This document shows, piece after piece, positions 60,001-64,000 of a DNA stretch of 64,000 bases. The translations under genes were made by a program, and so were the position numbers. Positions within the stretch are counted from its first letter, which is position 1. Each line of letters begins with the position of its first letter. Location: positions 434,001 through 498,000 of the forward strand of contig AP026152.1 in assembly GCA_030295235.1 (NCBI GenBank), written 5' to 3'. This DNA is from Fistulifera solaris. Its lineage: Eukaryota. Below the pieces are notes generated by a model. It was not told where the DNA came from. It made no database searches and saw only the letters and a list, made by a program, of their open reading frames with translations.

Positions 60001-61730
60001 TCAACTCAAAGATGCAATTGTCGATGGCACCATGAAAGTGCTTCGCAGCGCTATTGCATCAGCTAAGAAGGCGAAATTGACTGGTCCAGATGATGAAACC
60101 GGAGGCATCTGGGCTGTTGATATTATGAGAGACGCAGCTCTAGAACTTGACAAAGCGAAACAAAACAAACGGGTTTTTGATGCGCAGAAAGACCTTATCG
60201 CGAAACGCAACAAGTGCTTTATTCGTTGTGAGCCCATAGGCCAAGACCGCTTTGGCAACTGCTTTTGGACATTTAATGCTGAAGAAGCTGGGCATATCTG
60301 GGTGGAAACGGAGTACAATCTCGTAGGCGATCAAATGGAGGAATCTGAAAACCCGGGTTTTGTCAATCTTAAACGCGAACGCTCAGATATTAAGGTTGGT
60401 GCCGAGGACATGGAATCAGATTTTCTCGCTACCGATGATCCTGCTTTGCGGCTATTTAGCCGACAGGAATACCACTCCGCTGGATTCAGTTCGTCGCTTG
60501 TCAAACGCCACTGGGGATGCCATCTTACGGAGGAATCTTTGCGCTCCGTCATTAAAATGCTGGACAGTAGTAAAGAGAAAGAACAGGCGTTAAAAGCCAA
60601 ACTTAAGGACTCCCTAGAAGAGATCGTGGAGAGTTCTGAAAAGCATGATTTGGGCACGGAGGAGCTCGAAGACGAGGAGAATGGCGACTCTATTCTTGGC
60701 ACCAATCATTTGCTCGTTGACGGTGATGAAGACGTACTGCAAGCGGCAAAAAGGCTTTGAATGCCGAAATAACCGATTCCCAAATGATTTGTGACATAAA
60801 GTCTGCAATAGGGCTCAAAATACGGGTACGTTTAGTCGTTGGTGAATCGAAGGATTCGTCAGTGGCGAAGTATGAGGACGGGGAGGTCCTTGGTTGGCTG
60901 ACACGTAAATACAAAGTCGAGAGTCAAGATATGAATGAGGAAGAAGACGCAGTTATTGTGAAAATAAGAAAGATTCCAGTGTGGAAAGTGCGTACAGCGA
61001 GGGGCAAAGTAGTATGGCTAGATGGTGTTGAACTTCTAGAAAGTTTTCTCAGGTCCAAGAAGCGACAAAAGAAGTAGGCTACTTCGAAAATGACTCTTCC
61101 TTTCTTGCTTACAGAAATCATAGCGGCCGCCATTGTGGGAAGGCTAGTGAAGCACCCTATTCCGCCAGTCCCATCTTTCTTGCACGCTGGATGGTAAAAC
61201 GGGAATCAGAACTATACCCGAAATTAAAAATACGGAGTTATGACAACACTTGGGGAGGAAAGAGTGGAGCTAGGAATGAGTGGACAAATCAGATGAAAGA
61301 TTTTGCGTATGACTTCGCTACTACAAAGCAGGGATTACTCACACTCGAGCAGGCCTTTTTCGAATTGACATTGGGCTTTTCGGAGTATCAGAATGCGCCG
61401 GAAGAAGTTGACGTTCAAGCCGCTTTAGACGACCCGACCCAACGGATCGAGATCGAGCTGGAATCGATTGAAAAATCTGCCCCAGGTCTCTGGAATACAC
61501 CCCTCTCCAGAGCCGTTTTCATTGAAATAGTGTCGAAGTGTACTACAACCGGATTCCTTGCCCTTGCCTTTGATTTACTATGCAGGAACACTTTGAAGTA
61601 CCTTCAGCGTCATCGACTTTTAGACGTTCGCCCTGAGCGAGATTTATCAAGCTATCAGACTTTTGTGGGCAGCAGAACAACACGGCGGATGAATGCCTGG
61701 CAACAACAGCAAGATGCGTACTATGAATGA
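57079..61730 (+). CDS. BAZ/ACF-like chromatin-remodelling partner: MBD-like + DDT + WHIM1 + WHIM2/WSD; intron 57324-57472; frameshifts ~57635, ~60750, ~61070
   Basis: FFNEAGRRFRSMLEVGRFLG (MBD-like); DVLMTWNFLCTFERAVNLTPVSLDDFVDAL (DDT); YITLSALERLCILRGLIE (WHIM1); CEPIGQDRFGNCFWTF (WHIM2/WSD). Confidence 0.78.
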
Positions 61731-61823
61731 AAGGTGCGACGATACGAATTCGTCTAAATTTATTGTATGATAATTTTATGATTTTATACCTACTCTATTG
61801 AATGTTAACCTGTGTTTGTTAGC

Positions 61824-63675
61824 TCACTGGTCGACTACCGGCGATAGAAAGACAGAACTTGCTTCAATGTTCTGAGCGAACTCGGCATGATTCAAACCTT
61901 CCGTATCTTTGTAAGACACGACCGTGGGAACACTAAACTCTCTAAGGGCATCGCTGACTGACATTACGCCCATGGCCGAAGAGCGTCTTCCGGCGAAAGG
62001 CAGTGTATCGGGGGACCTTCCACACTGACTATTCAAGTTTATCTTTCCAAAAATAGCAGAAAACCGATCTAAGATGAGAGCAGTTTCCTTTGGATTTTCG
62101 GTAAATATAGAAACTTGCTGTGCATAAGGACCCTCTTTACCAAACTTGAGGACCTGTTCAAGACTATCGTACGGAGCGATAGGGACTAGTGGACCGAATT
62201 GTTCCTCCTAAATTGTTCGTTGATTAGACCACTGATAATTGTGAAGCAATGTACAAGAAACAAAGATACTTACATGGAAGATTTCCATATTCTCACTGAT
62301 GGACAAAAATAATTAGGTACTCGGAGTATACGAAAACAAATGAGCACTGTCCAGAAAAAAGAAAAAGACTTACCTGACGGGATAAAGAACAGCGGGGATC
62401 ATTAATGTACTGTCGTTACCACCAATGATTTTACCACCATTTTCATTCATTACTCGCGCTCCCTTGCTCACTGCGTCTGTTAACAACGAATTCATATATT
62501 GGATACGTCCTTCATTGGGAAGTGGGGTGATGTTCGAGGGGGAGGGGTTGAGCTGTGTCTTCCGCATGATTCTGCCAAGGAAGACCGACGCGTAGCGCTT
62601 CTACTTTCTTCGTCAAAAGCAATGCAAAGTCTTCCGCACTTGCACGAGGCACAAAAATTAATTTCAAAGCAGTGCACCTTTGTCCATTAAAGGAAAGGCT
62701 TCCCAATACGATTTCGTTCAATGCATTGTCCAGAAGCGCTTCCTTCCCACTCTCAAAGATATCCGGAAGAACGATACCCATATTATTAGCTTCCAGCTGT
62801 AAAAAGACTTTAAGACGATGGGGATGTGGATGACTATGAATCAATTGATCGGCAGCCTTAGAGCCCCCGATAAATGCCAGGCCATCAATGAGGCCCGATT
62901 CCATGAGGGGAGGCATGGTTTTGCGACCCGAACCCGATAGGAAATTGACAGTACCCGGCGGTAACACCTTATTGAAAGCTTCCATGGTGAGCAAATGAGC
63001 AAGGCCTCCCACAGCGGGGATCTTCATGAGAATAATGTTGCCTGTGAGCAGCGCCGGAATCATGGCGGCATAACTCTCGTTGATGGGATAATTGTAAGGC
63101 GCCAAGCACATAATGATCCCAATGGCAGCTCGACGAATGATCGCCCGAGTCGAGCCGATCGATTGCCATACTCCTTTGTACTCATCGTCGCTTTTGATGG
63201 TTTGAATGACCCGTTTGGCGAAATCAACGGTGCGATCAAATTCGGCTTCGGCATCCTTCCGATTCTTTCCAATCTCCCACATGAGCGTCGTAACAATTTC
63301 CTCTCGAACTTTCGCCAACTCTTCAAATACTGCTTCAATCGCACGGCATCGTTCCGCTAAACTCATCTGAGGCCACACGCCCATGCCTCCATCCCAAGCT
63401 TGGACGGCGACTTGCAGAACTTGTAAAGCATCCTGCGATGTGAATTGTGGCATTTTCCCTATAACTACTTTCTTGAATGGCTTGGAGCCATCTTCCAGAC
63501 AAGTGTCGGCATCCTCATCAATTTGACAGCACGCGACAACGTCTTGCCAAGGTCGTTCGGCCGTTTCTTCGAACGAGGTGGAGACCGGCGACCAAATTTG
63601 AGGAGTGACGTTCGGAGCGTCGGCAGCGCAGCTGACGCTGACGATCAATAGCGCAGCGGCAAATGTAAGCTTCAT
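61824..63675 (-). CDS. Non-phosphorylating NADP-dependent GAPDH (GAPN/ALDH11) with N-terminal signal peptide; introns 62296-62373 and 62208-62273; frameshift ~62540
   Basis: APYNYPINE, AFIGGS, LQLEANN, SLSFNGQRCTA, EEQFGP, INLNSQCGRSPDTLPFAGRRSSAMGVMSVSDALREFS. Confidence 0.85.
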
Positions 63676-64000
63676 TTCTCTGTGAGGAGCTTCTAAAGTG
63701 GATTGAAGTTATAAAGAGGGTGTATTATTGAATACCTATGGCAATGTCACCTGGCGAACGTGAAAGAATGTGAATGTTGTTGATGTGAAACAAAAGCAAC
63801 ACGTCACCATAACTTAGTGAACACGTTCAGTACATATCACTGTCGCATCGTAAGCAGTTAGTTAATCAACAAACATCAAAAGCCTTGACTATAGTTCAAG
63901 GTGTATATTACTTTTCTCATGACTAACTTCCAGTCGCGAGCTGGGTTACATTTGCTCTCCTTTTCTTCATAGTTTCTCCGCTAACATTTAATGAGGAGCG

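Noticed and set aside
26880..61080. Programmed ribosomal frameshifting at AAAAG sites
   Set aside because: Breaks also occur in T, C and G runs and in both directions, with no shared downstream structure seen; assembly error is more parsimonious
4261..63895. ACTATR hexamer recurring in many intergenic regions
   Set aside because: A rough expectation for an AT-rich hexamer over this much intergenic DNA is similar to the number seen; enrichment cannot be claimed without a genome-wide test

Overview
This is compact eukaryotic nuclear DNA, almost certainly from a diatom or related stramenopile alga. The evidence is short GT-AG introns, dense gene packing and many bipartite signal-peptide + 'A/G-F' plastid presequences. 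About 20 ordinary genes are recognisable: CDKC, CGLD27/Ycf36, FKBP, S28 peptidase, EngB, HIR/SPFH, FAM133-like, 6PGD, EF-hand-Tic20, Mis12-like, plastid RRM protein, NBP35, a PhyH-Tudor fusion, TRAPPC9, a PtpB-like phosphatase, a Cys/His-repeat protein, a trigger-factor-like protein, AP-4 mu, RPN9, a rhomboid-like protein, an MBD/DDT chromatin protein and GAPN. The most unusual element is a ~19 kb array (7.6-26.4 kb) of eight diverged, intronless paralogs of an uncharacterised family with degenerate ankyrin-like repeats and variable acidic tails. Five copies are on the minus strand and three on the plus strand, pointing away from a central EngB + HIR gene pair. The array includes clearly decayed copies and traces of its duplication units. 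Many genes across the window are broken by single-base indels in homopolymer runs, which most likely reflects assembly error rather than biology. No rRNA, tRNA, CRISPR array or recognisable transposase was seen.
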